Shown here in pieces: positions 13,565 to 25,960 of a DNA stretch of 64,000 nt (positions are counted from its first letter, which is position 1; every line of letters starts with the position of its first letter). This DNA comes from Octopus sinensis (taxonomy: Eukaryota). The DNA lies in assembly GCF_006345805.1 (NCBI RefSeq), contig NC_043005.1, forward strand, positions 65,720,001-65,784,000. The letters run 5' to 3'. A program made the position numbers and the translations under genes. The notes under the pieces are model-generated. The model worked only from the letters and a program-made list of their open reading frames with translations. It made no database searches and was not told where the DNA came from.

Positions 13565-14987
13565 AGGTTTTACAGTACAATTAATGACCTCACCAGTCTA
13601 GCAGAAATTATAAAAGCGATGAGCTGCACATCCTCCACAACCTGGTGACTAAATAATTTTAAAAAGAAATTGTTACAGAATTACCTACAAGTTTATGACT
13701 TCACGGCAATTTCTACTTTTCTGTATGGAAACAGTTGTGATACAATTGCAAAAGCGGTGGATTAGATTATCCTTATTTAATAGCTTCTGAATTTTCCAAA
13801 GTATTAAATCACGGCATTTTCTATCAAGGCATTTACAAATGTACAGGAAAAATTATGTATAAGTTATATATGATAGTGATCCTAAAAAGCCGTTTACTGT
13901 CATTCAAGAGCTATCGTAATATTCCTTTAATAAAAGTGACGAACTAAATCATTTTTTTAACTTGAGCTGGTTTTTAAGAAAAATAATGATATATATGGTT
14001 CAATAACTTAATCTTAAAACTCTTTATTCAGAATATATATTTGGTTTGCAAATAGATATTTCCTTTCGATTTTACATTAAAAACTCGATTCTAGATAGTT
14101 TTCACAAATCGAAAGGAATTATGAGTAAATCCTCAACAAAGAGTGTATTCTTTGCAAGCAATCGTAAAATGTTCAGAGATTAAGTCTTAAGATAATAGTC
14201 TATTCAGCTGTGCAGTACACGCATGCTTCGATTTGTGACTATTTCAATGGGATTAGATGCATCCGTTTTAGATTAAGTCAAATGAAGTGCCTGCTTTCTT
14301 AACCTGAGAACAGTATTGTAAAACCATGTTATCTCTTTCTTTCATTTCAGCTGCATCCATCTAGAAACCAGTTCTTAATATATTCACATGCTTAAAATCA
14401 AGAAATGATGACGTGATACTTCAATAAAGTGGTTATTAGATTATAATAACTGAAAGTGTGAAGACATGTAAAACGTTTCGATTGTCTTATTTGAACATAA
14501 GCTTATTTATTTCGAATAAAACCACAAAACAAATGTTTTCTTTTGTATTGGCCAATTTTTTTATGGATATGAAGTGTTTCAATTGAATTAATCTAAGATA
14601 TTAACGATATTTATTTCATAAATTTTCTGTAGACGTTGAATTAAGAAAAAATCCAACGTTCTACAGTACAAACTCCGCCATATTGAAATATAGAGTAAAA
14701 TTTGATTTAAAGAGATTTTCTCAGTGGTTACTGGACCTGCCAGAAACGGCTAACAAATCCTCCTCAAATCACACACTGTCATGTTGACAAAATATTAGAT
14801 AATATATATTTCGTTAGAAAATAGATATTTCCTTTCGGTTTTACATTAAAAATGTAATCTAAACAAAGAGGTCGGAATGATCATAGGATTCTTGTTCAGG
14901 ATTGATTGGGAACTAAACAGCAACAAAGAATAAATTACATAAATACACATAATGGTCAATAAGTTATAATTTTAATTTATCATTAAA

Positions 14988-15369
14988 CTAGCAGTATCGC
15001 CCGGCGTTGCTCGGGTTTGTTTCGACCCTTTAGAATTTTTGAAAAGTAAAACTTTTGCATTATGTAGCTTGTTATTCTCTTTAAGCGAACATTTTTCTGG
15101 TTGAAATACACCGAAAAACGGTGACACAGCAGTGAAAAAATCGTAAAAAATAGGGATTTTCATAGAAAAAAAGCACCTTTTTGATGTAAATAATTTTTGG
15201 TGTTAACATGGTCCGATTTGAATTCTTTCTTCTACGGAAGGAAGAGCAAGCCTTCTTCTATCATACTCTCAATTTTGATCAACTTGCGCCGCAGGGTCTC
15301 GGAGGAGATAGTGTTAGTTGAAGGCTACCAAACCTGCCATACACAGACAACTTCAGCTTTATATAGAGA
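14988..15369 (-). mobile_element. Non-autonomous Helitron (subfamily B)
   Basis: The rc ends ...GAGCAACGCCGGGCGATACTGCTAG|T (GC hairpin plus CTAG) and starts near TC..TATATAAAGCTGAAG. It is homologous to 47238-47585. Confidence 0.8.
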
Positions 15370-16499
15370 GCTATATATTCCCCTTCGATTGCCGCTCATT
15401 CAGTCAGCATTCAAATTTAAACTTTATGCAACTATTAGCCTACTAGAGACTATATAAACTCTGCAGCTACAAACTTTAACTGACTAAACTTATTTTCAGT
15501 ATCCAAAATCCTACAAGTATACTATTAAACTTTAGTGCCGTGGAGTCGATTTAACTGACTGTATCATTCCTTCTTCAAATTTGGCTAGCTATTCAGCACA
15601 GCACAGTAAACAGAAAGAAAGCTGATTTTTGAATGTTACTTAAGCCTTCAGAATGCTACTTTTCAACAAGTACTAAGCAATTTATCTCTGGATGCGTTTT
15701 ATCATTTGAGGCGGGAGACGGCCAAATAATGACTATCCAGTCGGTAAACTTAAATCATATCTAATCAAATACCTGCAGTTCTTAAATTCCCTATAAAATC
15801 ACATTGAAAATAGATTATAGTATGTAAGCAGAAAAGAAGAAGACACATCAAACAACAACATAATGACTATTCTAGAACAGACATCAATAATAGTTCAGCA
15901 AAACATGCAACAGGACTAGAAAGAAAACTCAAAATTCTTGAAACTTTCTAACAAAACCCACAAACTAAATGTAAATATAAACACCGAAGTTCTTAAAACT
16001 GACCGCCTGTACCATTTTGCCAATCGCAAAATTTTATCTCAGTGTATTGTCCTCGTTTGAACTAATAAAAAGAATGTGAGAGCATGAAGATTGGGGGGGT
16101 TCGATCTACTTGAAACTCATCAGTTTTGGTGTAACATACTTTCGAATTAAATTGTACGCTTAATCCTGTATCCTATTTTCCACCAGATCACAACAGGCGT
16201 CCCACACAATGAGCACAGGGTTTAAAGCTGTTTCTTCTCAATCAATGACTTCCAGATGGCTACTCATGGGGATCGACGGGGTAGATCGTATTAACTCATG
16301 AGATGGAAGACATAGCAATTTGAAGTTGTGCATTGGGTAATTTCATTTTTTTGTAACGTGATGTGGGAAAATTCATGTCAATTGGTATACCGTTATCATA
16401 AGAAGAAGCAGTAAACTCTGATTGATTTGGCTATGTTCTGTGTTGATAAGCATAATGCATTCTACCACCAATACTTCTTCAAATTTTGAAAGATGAAAA

Positions 16500-17560
16500 C
16501 AAATATAAATCATGATCAATCCTTTATATATCAACATCTGTGGACTTCATTCCGATTTGAGCCCATGATCATTACCTTCTAATTAATACGCATTTCTCCA
16601 AATCACAAATCCAACGTCGCTTACTTTTAAAGCCTATAACGGCTGTCCCATCTACATCCAGTATTCCAACTTTTCTCAGAAAGGTGATTAGAATCCATTC
16701 TTCGCTCCGCTTTCCTTACTCAGCGAGATATCAACAACAAAGACTTCCATTTACTCTTGGCCAAAGAACAATAACTACTCAACTATCTCCTGCATCGAGA
16801 ACATTATCTCATGTAACCTCACTGTGAAGTCATCATTCTCACAATCTTCACAATTTATCTAGAATCTAACACTCCTATAACGCTCTTTTTTCTCTGCACC
16901 AAACTTAACGTTTACCAAACTATCGTCGTCCCTGCACTAATAAAATCATCTGACCATTACTCTACCAAAGCTTTTCAGAACATACTCACATTCAGCAAAA
17001 CATGCCGGTTTCCTGACCTCAATGTCGTCTCAAATTAATTTTACGCTGACTATCCCTAACAGAGGACGCATTTAGCACTTGATCCATAAGAGACAGCTAA
17101 ACTGATGACTGAAACAACCATCTTAACTTCCACATTTACTATTTATTTTGTTTAGAATCAAAACTCTTCCATTACTTTACTTCTCTACCTTGTCACGCCA
17201 GCCATCACAAATACACTTAATGTGCGAAAACGGTTTTATTACTTCAAATCAACAAGATCATTCACTCTGTGTGCCCTTATCCTCACCATATTCTTCAGTG
17301 TTTCTGTAAAGTCTTTACAGGCATATAATCTACACTAGATTTTGGAAACATGCTTGTCCGTCCCATCTCCAAGAAGATCAATCTCCACCAATTATAGGTC
17401 TATCAATCTCACTCTCAGCATTTAAAAGGTAATAGAAACGGTCGGTAATTATCTCCTACTCCATCTTCTTGACTTTTTCTATGTTACATACCAGTGGCTT
17501 CTCGCTCTTGTTAAGCTCTGCGAAAGCAATATTATTACACTTGATATCATAAAAGCCCTC
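16500..17560 (+). mobile_element. Highly degenerate LINE (endonuclease start to RT), low resolution
   Basis: YINICGLHSDL resembles an APE endonuclease N-terminus. Later, LVPISKK...YRSINL resembles the RT N-terminus. Confidence 0.45.
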
Positions 17561-17912
17561 CTCCTTAAACCCATGACTTTAATTCAATGAGGAATATTTT
17601 ACGTTCTTGCTTAATTAGCTTAACGTAGCAACTAAATAATTCTTATGTTCGTATACCGTATTTTTAAAAAATAATGACATTGGGTTATGTAATCTAAAGT
17701 AAAATATATTTGAAAAGATTTGAAGGTCGCTGATAATAGGGTTCACCCGAGGATAAACATCAATAATAAAGATAATCACAACAACCTATAGCTTTCGTCC
17801 GTTTTGCAACTCTTGGCTTGGTAGTTTCCTGAAAGACTACATTAAAAGGGTTCAATCTGACTCACGGATTGTCGACTCTGGTTTGTCACAGAGTTCGGTT
17901 ATATCTCCCTCG

Positions 17913-17964
<52 letters not shown>

Positions 17965-18244
17965 TTAGAAACATGTGTTTCGGTAATTTTGTGATGAATA
18001 ATGCTGATATTGTTGACACTAAAAGCATGTAGAATAGCAACTTAGATTAGAATTAAATCCTAACATTGCCCTCAAAATGACCTAGACTTACGGATGTAAA
18101 GAATTGGATGATGTATGAGGACGTAGAGGTATCCATTTTGCAGAAGCTAAGGTACATAGAAAGAAAGATTCTTCATTGTGAAAAGCACCATCCCTGTAAT
18201 GTTTGGGCAGACTGCACACTTCAACATATGTTTAAGTGAAGTCA

Positions 18245-18780
18245 ACAATGCTTCTGAGTAAACTATATTTTGCGTAAGTCCAGTGTTGGCAGAATAAATA
18301 TGCAAGTCATCTGCGCTGCTAACTCGAGACCATGTGACATATGAGAGCATGTGACATATGAGACCATGTGACATATGAGAAAAGCAGGGTATTTGTTAAT
18401 TGAGACCAACAATTTTGAACCTGAGCTTTGTTGATTGTCATAGCACAATGGCACTAGGAACTGGAAGTGCTTGAATTGAAAGAGCACATTTGAGGGAATA
18501 AGGGGCATGCGTGGACTGTATGCGATCTCTCCTCAAAGGCAGCTGGCAATAATGGTGGCTTCTAGGACATGACTTGTCAATGTAGTTACAGACAATCTTG
18601 TACCATTGCATAGTCGTGGTGGGTTCAAATTCCTCAAGTGCATGATAGGTGCACTTTTCTTTAGGAACGACTTCTGAGCTGGCAGACCTGTGGGTTGTAG
18701 AGAGTTGAGAAATTCATCTGGGTACTTAACAACAGCATGTTCGTCGATGGTAGTATCAATGGAGACAAACGTTGAAGCAT
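18245..18780 (-). pseudogene. Helitron RepHel PIF1-type helicase C-terminal fragment (stop plus frameshifts)
   Basis: Hand translation: YPDEFLNSLQPTGLP..LKKSAPIMHLRNLNPPRLCNGTRL..HVLEATII..*..PRMPLIPSNVLFQFKHFQF../CAMTINKAQ../SHG..SYVTWSRVSSADDLHIY..TQNIVYSEAL. Confidence 0.92.
18326..18380. repeat. 18-bp unit x3 minisatellite inside the helicase fossil
   Basis: gaga(c/g)catgtgacatat repeated three times. Confidence 0.95.
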
Positions 18781-18999
18781 ATCCAGGTAGAGTATGGAGG
18801 AGTTCAACAAATCATTACCCGTCCAATTAGGGGAAAATAACGTACTCGACTTTATCTTTATTCACAACGTTCAGGTCATTCCCACAGCTATTTCCAACCA
18901 AAGTATTATACAATTATCTGTATTGGTACAAAGATATATCCTACTCGCAGCATGGATTTCTACCCCGAAGATCTTGCCTAACAAATCTTCTCCTTCTTG

Positions 19000-19970
19000 A
19001 AGAATGGATTACAAGGACCATGGATGAAAAAGACTCGATTGGCGTGGTATTTTTGGACTTCGCAAAGGCGTTTGACTCCGTTGATCACCGACTTCTCTAG
19101 CGCAAACTTCGAGCATTCAAGATTCATTCATTGGTGACTTCGTGGATTTCTTCCTTCTTGAGCTATCGAACCTTTTGGGTGCAGATAAATGGAGAGATCT
19201 CCGCGGAGACGAATGCATGCAGCTGCGTTCCCCAGGGGTCGGTGCTGGGGCCACTACTTTTCCTTCTCTATATCAACGACCTGCAAGATTTTCTTGATGG
19301 AAGAGTTCTCCTATTTGCAGACGACGTCAAACTTGTCTCGCCTAGGAATCAACACGACATACTCCAATCGTCGCTGAACCGAGCTTGGAATTGGGCGGAA
19401 GAATGGGATCTGCCCTTGAACGCTTCAAAATGCAGCCATTTGCCAATAGGTTCACCTCCAAACTCTCCCTTGACTAATGGCCACAAACATCAACATCTTA
19501 AGATGGTCACTGAAGAAAAGGATCTCGGCATAATGATCGATACTACTTTCAGACCACCGCGGCAGGGTATCGAGGTGGCGAACAAAACCAGAAGGAATCT
19601 TTTCCTCATCCACCGATCGTTTGCCAACCTTTCAATGGACGTCTTTAGGCCGGTATACGTCACTCTTGTTCGACCCATCCTTGAATATTACATCCATACC
19701 TCAAACCCATATCTCCAGAAAGACATTCAGCACCTGGAACGGGTTCAGCACTTGCCCCCCCCCCCGAATGGGCGCGGGCTTGTCTAAGCTTGCATAAGAG
19801 GAACAACTCCAACGGCTGGCACTACCTTCATTCGAACGACGGGGGATGCAGGGAGATCTCATCTGGCATTCAACATTTGCGTACTGGGGTCGATCTAATC
19901 GTCTGGTCCCTTCCCAAAATCTTTCGGGCCTTGTGCCTCGAGTAGAAGAGAACATTCTACTAGACGGCAA
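19000..19970 (+). mobile_element. CR1/L2-group LINE reverse transcriptase fragment
   Basis: VFLDFAKAFDSVDH, VPQGSVLGPLLFLLYINDL, LFADDVKL and LVRPILEY are present, with a stop before the track ORF and a frameshift after it. Confidence 0.92.
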
Positions 19971-20256
19971 TCTTCAGTAATTATTCCCAAAGATACCACT
20001 GACCACAATCTTTTATATCAATGCTGAATACGTGTATATATATATGTGTGTGTGTGTGTGTGTATATATAAATCAGGCTGAAACCGGGTACAGCTCTCCG
20101 GCTTACCACTTTCAGTCAAATACTGTAATCCATGTCAGTAGGGAAACCAGACGCTAAATGATGATGATGATGATGATAATGATAGTGATGATGACGATGA
20201 TATATATATATAGATAACGGTACTTAGCGCCAACTCGAGAAATCTCTGGTGAGACC

Positions 20257-20318
20257 TTTTATTGGTGTACCTGAAGAGACCTTAAAACAGGTCGAAACAT
20301 GTGTTGTACCCAATAAAG
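20257..20318 (+). ncRNA. Minimal type I hammerhead ribozyme, complete catalytic core (Penelope-like pLTR context)
   Basis: CUGAAGA (20271-77); helix II GACCU/AGGUC with loop UAAAAC (20278-93); GAAA (20294-97); helix III AC/GU closing AUGU (palindrome ACAUGU); GUU triplet (20303-05). Helix I is GUAC+CCAAUAAA (20306-17) pairing with UUUAUUGG-U-GUAC (20258-70), with one bulge. Confidence 0.8.
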
Positions 20319-20469
20319 TCTATCACACATTCCATCTCCTATTTTATCAATATTTTATCAATACTATTTTATTTTATGAATACTATTCCCTTCCGGTCAT
20401 TTCGAAATGTAACCACATGTGAATCGTTGGCGATCTTTGTTCTCCGTCTTCCTTTTTTCTTGGATTTTC

Positions 20470-20510
20470 CTCTGTCTCCTGTTTCTGAAGAAGAGCTTTG
20501 CTCAAAACGT
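20470..20510 (+). ncRNA. Degenerate hammerhead-like motif (G12>A)
   Basis: CUGAAGA-A-GAGC-UUU-GCUC-AAAAC-GUA: helix II is intact, GAAA is mutated to AAAA, and helix I is weak. Confidence 0.4.
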
Positions 20511-21136
20511 AAAATCACATTTCTTTCCCTGAGCGTCTGCTAATACTTTGCATATACCACGTCCTTGCGTTGTTATTATTTCTTCTGTCTGTTCTTGATT
20601 ATTTTTATTTACTATATATATGTATAAATAAAGATTCATATGAATGTGGTAGTTAAGTTGAAGGCACCAGAATTTAGTATGGTATTATCCATATAATTTA
20701 AAATTAGGTGATTATAATCAAAATAAGCAACAAGGATATCCAGAGGTAATGCAGTACGATCGTTTTATCAAATACCAGTTTTATCAAATACCATGCAACA
20801 CAAATTCATCATTAGTCAAATTATTAAAATTATAGAATTTATCAAAATTACTTTTGTCTCCTGAGGATATGTCCAATTACTATGTCTATTCCGGTGCTAT
20901 CAAACAGCCATAAAAATTCTATTGTCGATACGAAACGATTAAAGAAATTCTCGAACAAATTTCATCCAAATTTAAACCCCATTCGCAGCTACACCACTTC
21001 AACGACAAGTCTTTCATTGTCCAATGATTTTAACACGTGTAACGTCAATCGATTTAAACCAGTAAAAGTTGCTATGGAAAATACAAAACATGTAAGAAAA
21101 ATTTCAATAGCACAACCTTTACAACCACTATCATTC

Positions 21137-21188
<52 letters not shown>

Positions 21189-21959
21189 TACATGAGCAGG
21201 AGGACGACCTTATCTTCGTTTCAAGGACGTCTGCAAAACAAATAGGAAGTCAATAGATCTGGACGTCCTGAGATGGAAGGAGGTCGTAAATGATCGCCCA
21301 TGCTGATGATGCAAAAGGGGATGGTGCGATGGGCAGAGAAAGAGAGATTTGCCACCGAAGAAAAGCGCGCTCGAAGCATCTTTAAAGTATCTTTAAATGC
21401 AGTCAGCAGATGCAAGACTGCCACTCCCGTGTGTGCCTAAATAGCTACACCAGGCCTTGCACCCATCAGCAGCTAACGCAAAATTCTCCAGGCACAGATC
21501 TATGGTCTTTCGAGACCGATAGATGGCTACCTAATCTAATCTTAATTATATATATATATATATTATATATATATATATAATTAAGATTCAGATGAATAGA
21601 TACTTAAATTGAGGCACCTTGCTAATTCGGTATAATCTGCACACCCCAACAATATTATTTGAACATTGAATGAAAACATTACATCAATTTGAAAGGAACC
21701 GTTCTCGTCAGATGACTGCATAGACTTCAAACATAAAGGATAAACCATTTTTTAAACAAATTTCCATCAATAATGGAAACCAAAATATTTACATTGTTTC
21801 TTTTTTGTTATATCTGTGGAAGAATGAGTTTAGAAAATAATGCATAGCTTATTAAGCCTACAATAATTTAGAGAGTAGCAGAGGAAATATGAAAGGATAT
21901 CCTTTCATATACTTTAGGTTTGTGATAGGGAGAGTATTGGTAGGTTTCTAAGTTTAAAC

Positions 21960-22860
21960 TTTCGGCTTAAAAATTAGTGATTTTATGGGAATTTTCAAAA
22001 GTAATAGATAGGTTGAGGCTAGAGAAAAATTTGTGTAGATCTTTCCTATTTCGTTCTAAAGAGGATTTATTTGCGCTCTTGGTCACTAGCAAGGCGTCAT
22101 CTCTGTAGAGGCTTCCCTTGATGTTAGAGAAATGTATTTGGAGCTGGTGGAGTATGTATAGTCCGACGAAGTCGGTAACTTGGGCGGAGTTGGATGATCC
22201 CATAGAAATGTCAAATAATTTGTTATGGTTATTGTTATTGCTATCGTGGTTGGCCCGGCACCAAAGTGTGCCCTCAAAAGAAATAAGGGTTTATGGGCAT
22301 TAATGATTATGTTAATTTCTAGTAGGACTAGGTTAATTAGATTCCTAGCTAGAAGGAGCGTTTGATTAAGAAGTTTGGGGAAAATAGAAGTGTAGTAATT
22401 ATTTATATCGAATTGTAGGAAAGAAGAAGAGTTTTTGTTGTTTAAGAGATAGAACCATGTTATAACTTCACCTGTACAGGACCATAAGTTGACTTCAATT
22501 TTTCCTTGACAATTGGTATTATTTTATCTAAAATATTTTTGCTTATTCTTCCCAGTATGAAGTGTATCGATGGTTTAGTTATGAAGTCCATCTTATGATT
22601 TTTATGGTTGAAGTGTGGAGATGTAGGGCAGTAGGGTTCTGTGCAGTCGTCACATGTAATTTGTTCATAAGCCTGCAATGGTTGGTGTTGATGTTGTCAA
22701 AGGCAGATGTCAGTGCTAGTTTATAAGACTTGTAGAATTCCTTCTTGATGAATTTGTTGTATTCCTCGATAGTAATAGGGTACATATTTCCCGTTTCATC
22801 AGAGAAAATGTGCAATTTAGATGATGAAGTGATCCATTTTATGGTATGAAACTGCAACTA
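21960..22860 (-). mobile_element. Penelope-like element reverse transcriptase remnant (YRDD type), frameshifted
   Basis: Successive fragments: DETGNMYPITIEEYNK, LGRISKNILDKI, LQFDINNYYTSI, MGSSNSAQVTDFVGLYIL and GSLYRDDALL..LERNRKDLHKFF..LNLSIT. Confidence 0.85.
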
Positions 22861-22997
22861 TAACATTTGTATATATTTTTATTTTTATTTCTACAATCAT
22901 TCTCTTGTTTCCCTATATACTCCTTATTTGCTTCCTTTTCCAAAATAACTGCTGATATTGAACTCTAAAATTTCCCTCCATTTAACTATCTCACATC

Positions 22998-23045
22998 GTC
23001 TCTGGTGAAGGGATATCCCTAATATCCCAGAAACAGCTGTAAGAC
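22998..23045 (+). ncRNA. Hammerhead-like motif with A6>G, abutting the Penelope-like RT
   Basis: GUCU-CUGGUGA-A-GGGAU..AUCCC-A-GAAAC-AGCU-GUA-AGAC: helix I GUCU/AGAC, and palindromic helix III ACAGCUGU. Confidence 0.55.
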
Positions 23046-23899
23046 TAACTTTCTCTTTATAAATGTCCTGAAAATTCCACACAGCCTTGACTTTGTTGTC
23101 TCATTTTATATATATATATATATTCTTTGATTCTTTTATTTTTTACTCGTTTCAGTCATTTTGACTGTGGCCATGCTGGTGCAATGCCTTTTAGTCAAAG
23201 AAAGCGACACCTGGACTTATTCTTTGTAAGCCTAGTATGTAGTCTATCACTCCCTTTTGCCGAAACGCTAAGTTATGAGGATATAAACACACCAGCATCA
23301 GTTGTCAAGCGATGGTGGATGGACAAACACAAGCACACACACACAAAAATATGTGTGTGTGTGTGTGTGTGTGTGTATACGACGGGCTTCTTCCAGTTTC
23401 CATCTTCCAAATCCACTCACAAGGCTTTGATCGGCAATTTGAGAGGGGGGGGGGGTGGACAGACAGAAATGCATGTATATGTGAATAAGCATTTGTATGT
23501 ATGCTCACATGCATTCACACAGGCATGCATATAAGAATGTATATACATATACATATGTACATGGACACATTAATGTAGGCATGAAAGTCATTGCATGTGT
23601 TGATTCTATAACTTGTTAGATTTTTTAATTGTTTACATATTTTGACAGTGCTTTTGGAAACTTGTAGCTGTGACCTTGTGATTAATATTATTTTTCTGGT
23701 TTTGTGACTGGTACTTTAGCAGTGTGTAGGTATTTGTGCATGTGTGTGTGTGTGTAAGCATGCATGTGTGCATGTATTATGTATGTATGTATGTATGTAT
23801 GTATGTATGTATCCATACATTATCATATGAAGCATAGGGGAGAGCAACAGATGGAGAAAGACAGAAATTGTGAGAAAGAAAGAATGTGATTATGAACAG

Positions 23900-24290
23900 G
23901 AGTGGCTGTGTGGTAAGTAGCTGGCTTACGAACCACATGGTTCCAGGTTCGGTCCCACTGCGTGGCACCTTGGGCAAGTGTCTTCTACTATAGCCTCGAG
24001 CCAACCAAAGCCTTATGAGTGAATTTGGTAGACGGAAACTGAAAGAAGCCCGTCTTTTATATGTATATATATATGTATGTGTGTGTATATGTTTGTGTGT
24101 CTATGTTTGTCCCCACCACTTGACAACCAATGCTGGTGTGTTTACATCCCCATAACTTAGCAGTTTGGCAAAAGAGACCGATAGAATAAGTACTAGGCTT
24201 ACAAAGAGTAAGTCTTGGGGTCGATTTGCTCGACTAAAGGTGGTGCTCCAGCATGGCCTCAGTCAAACGACTGAAACAAGTAAAAGAGTA
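23900..24290 (+). mobile_element. Bipartite CORE-like SINE with internal (TA/TG)n. Other copies at about 23130-23460 (-), 33030-33415 (-), 40450-40825 (+), 45593-46010 (+) and 50400-50795 (-)
   Basis: The head is GTGGCTGTGTGGTAAG...GGTTCGGTCCCACTG, the core is TTGGGCAAGTGTCTTCTACTATAGCCTCG, and the tail ends GAAACAAGTAAAAGAGTAA. Multiple homologous copies are visible. Confidence 0.85.
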
Positions 24291-24429
24291 ACTGCTTCCT
24301 CAACTTCGAGGTGTTGGACATGAATGAGATATTTTGAGAGCTAGCACTGTCAGCAAGGTCATCAAAAAGTACTGTTTAAATTTGGGAAGCAAGAGAGTTT
24401 GCAGACTCTGTGCAATGCATAAAAGAATT

Positions 24430-24960
24430 CTCCACATTTCTTTATCACCTTCATCGTCCTCATCATTTAACATGTTTTCCATGCTGGCACAGATTGGACA
24501 GTTTGATCAGAACTGGCAAGCATCATCATCATCATCATTGTTCGACCGTGGTCAAGACAATGGAATTTACCATGCTACGCCAGACTTCACGGTCCATCAT
24601 GGCATTACGGAGGTCCTGTTGCTGGATGCCTGTATCCCTGGAGATTACATCAGGGTAGGAGAGTGTGCGCCCTCTGGTATTGCGAGTAGATGGCTTCCAG
24701 AGGAGAAAAGTAGAAATTACTTCTTTTTCAGCTCTACAACAATGTCCAGCAAACTGGACTCTCCTACCTTTCACAAGAGATGACACAGGTGGTAGTTTCC
24801 CATATATTTGCATTTTGGTTGGATGGCGCTTCCACGAGAGATTTTGAGCTCTCATAAGGAGGAGAGTGTAGGCAAGCAGGAGAGCCACACCAGGTTCCAA
24901 TCTGGTTTGACTTGGTTTCCATGGCTGAATGCCCTTCCCAACACCAACCACCTTGTTATA
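24430..24960 (-). mobile_element. RTE-clade LINE 3' end with (GAT)n tail
   Basis: RRVQFAGHCCRAEKEVISTFLLWKP..YPDVISRDTG..MMDREVWRSMV. Confidence 0.85.
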
Positions 24961-25403
24961 GCTGTCTATAGATATTGTGATGGTGAATTGTTGACAGAGA
25001 GTGACTCCTTTCCAAGGTCTATGTCCACATTGTACCAGCTGTTGGTAGTTTAGATTTAAGGCCTTGATTGATGGCAGAGGAGTGCGTTTATATATGTAAT
25101 GACACTACTTATCAAAACAAAACAACTTTTTTGTTTTTTTGATTGGTCAATATGACGAATAAAAACCAATGAAACAGATTTATTTCTGTAATATATATAT
25201 ATAACTTGATTCAATATTAATTCAAAATAAAATGCAAGATGTTTTGAGTACAAGTACACAAGATTATTGTTTACAGTTATAATTACAGTCTTAAAAGATA
25301 TCTTTTTTCTGAATATAATGTAATGGTATAGAGAAATCAATAAAATATTCTGCTTTCAAAGCTTCTCAAACAAAAATGAAGTAGAATAAATATAAAATAA
25401 ACA

Positions 25404-25589
25404 TCAATATTTTTTCTTATTCAAAGCAGCTAGGCCGCTTGCAGTAATTGTCCCATATGCCTGAGAATAACTGCCGAAAGTATACTTGGCTACACCAACA
25501 GAAGAGTTGTTCATTATATTGTTAAACTGACGCCGACCATATGCAGGCCTGGGTGGAACGCATTTTGCTGACTCTGGTCGAGGATTGTT
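25404..25589 (-). CDS. MAPK15: MAPK15/ERK7-8 terminal coding exon (phase 0 to stop)
   Basis: Acceptor tttttgtAG (25590-91). NNPRPESAKCVPPRPAYGRRQFNN...FGSYSQAYGTITASGLAALNKKKY* includes the conserved MAPK15 C-terminal GxYSQxYGT motif. 186 nt; not in the ORF track. Confidence 0.9.
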   Translation of the reverse strand, partial: NNPRPESAKCVPPRPAYGRRQFNNIMNNSSVGVAKYTFGSYSQAYGTITASGLAALNKKKY

Positions 25590-25713
25590 CTACAAAAACA
25601 AAAACAAAAAATGCTTATATATATATATATATATATATATATTTAATTTGTTAGGGAATAAAAATTCTGGCATAACAGGGGTTCAAATTATTCTCAATGA
25701 GGAAATATATATT

Positions 25714-25842
25714 TTCATTTAGAGATAGTAGGCCCCTTCATCCCACCATATAAAAGAATTTTAATTTAAATATAACTAGTAAGTATTTAAATTAAAATTC
25801 TTTTATATGGTGGGATGAAGGGGTCTACTATCTCTAAATGAA
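25714..25842. repeat. Near-perfect hairpin (about 59-bp arms, 11-nt loop)
   Basis: ttcatttagagatagtaggcccc...atttaaata pairs with tatttaaat...ggggtctactatctctaaatgaa, with one mismatch. Confidence 0.95.
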
Positions 25843-25960
25843 TATATATATAAAATTTAAATAATGAGGGTGATAAATTGAATATTAATTTAATTAATAT
25901 CAATTTAAAACCAGTAGCCTAGCATATAGAAAAAATCTGAAAATTCAGAAAAATTGTAAT

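Noticed and set aside
16095-16125. Minus-strand CTGATGAG...GATCGAACCC after a possible Penelope GIY-YIG remnant
   Set aside because: Helix II pairs poorly, GAAA is replaced by GAAC, and no helix I is identifiable.
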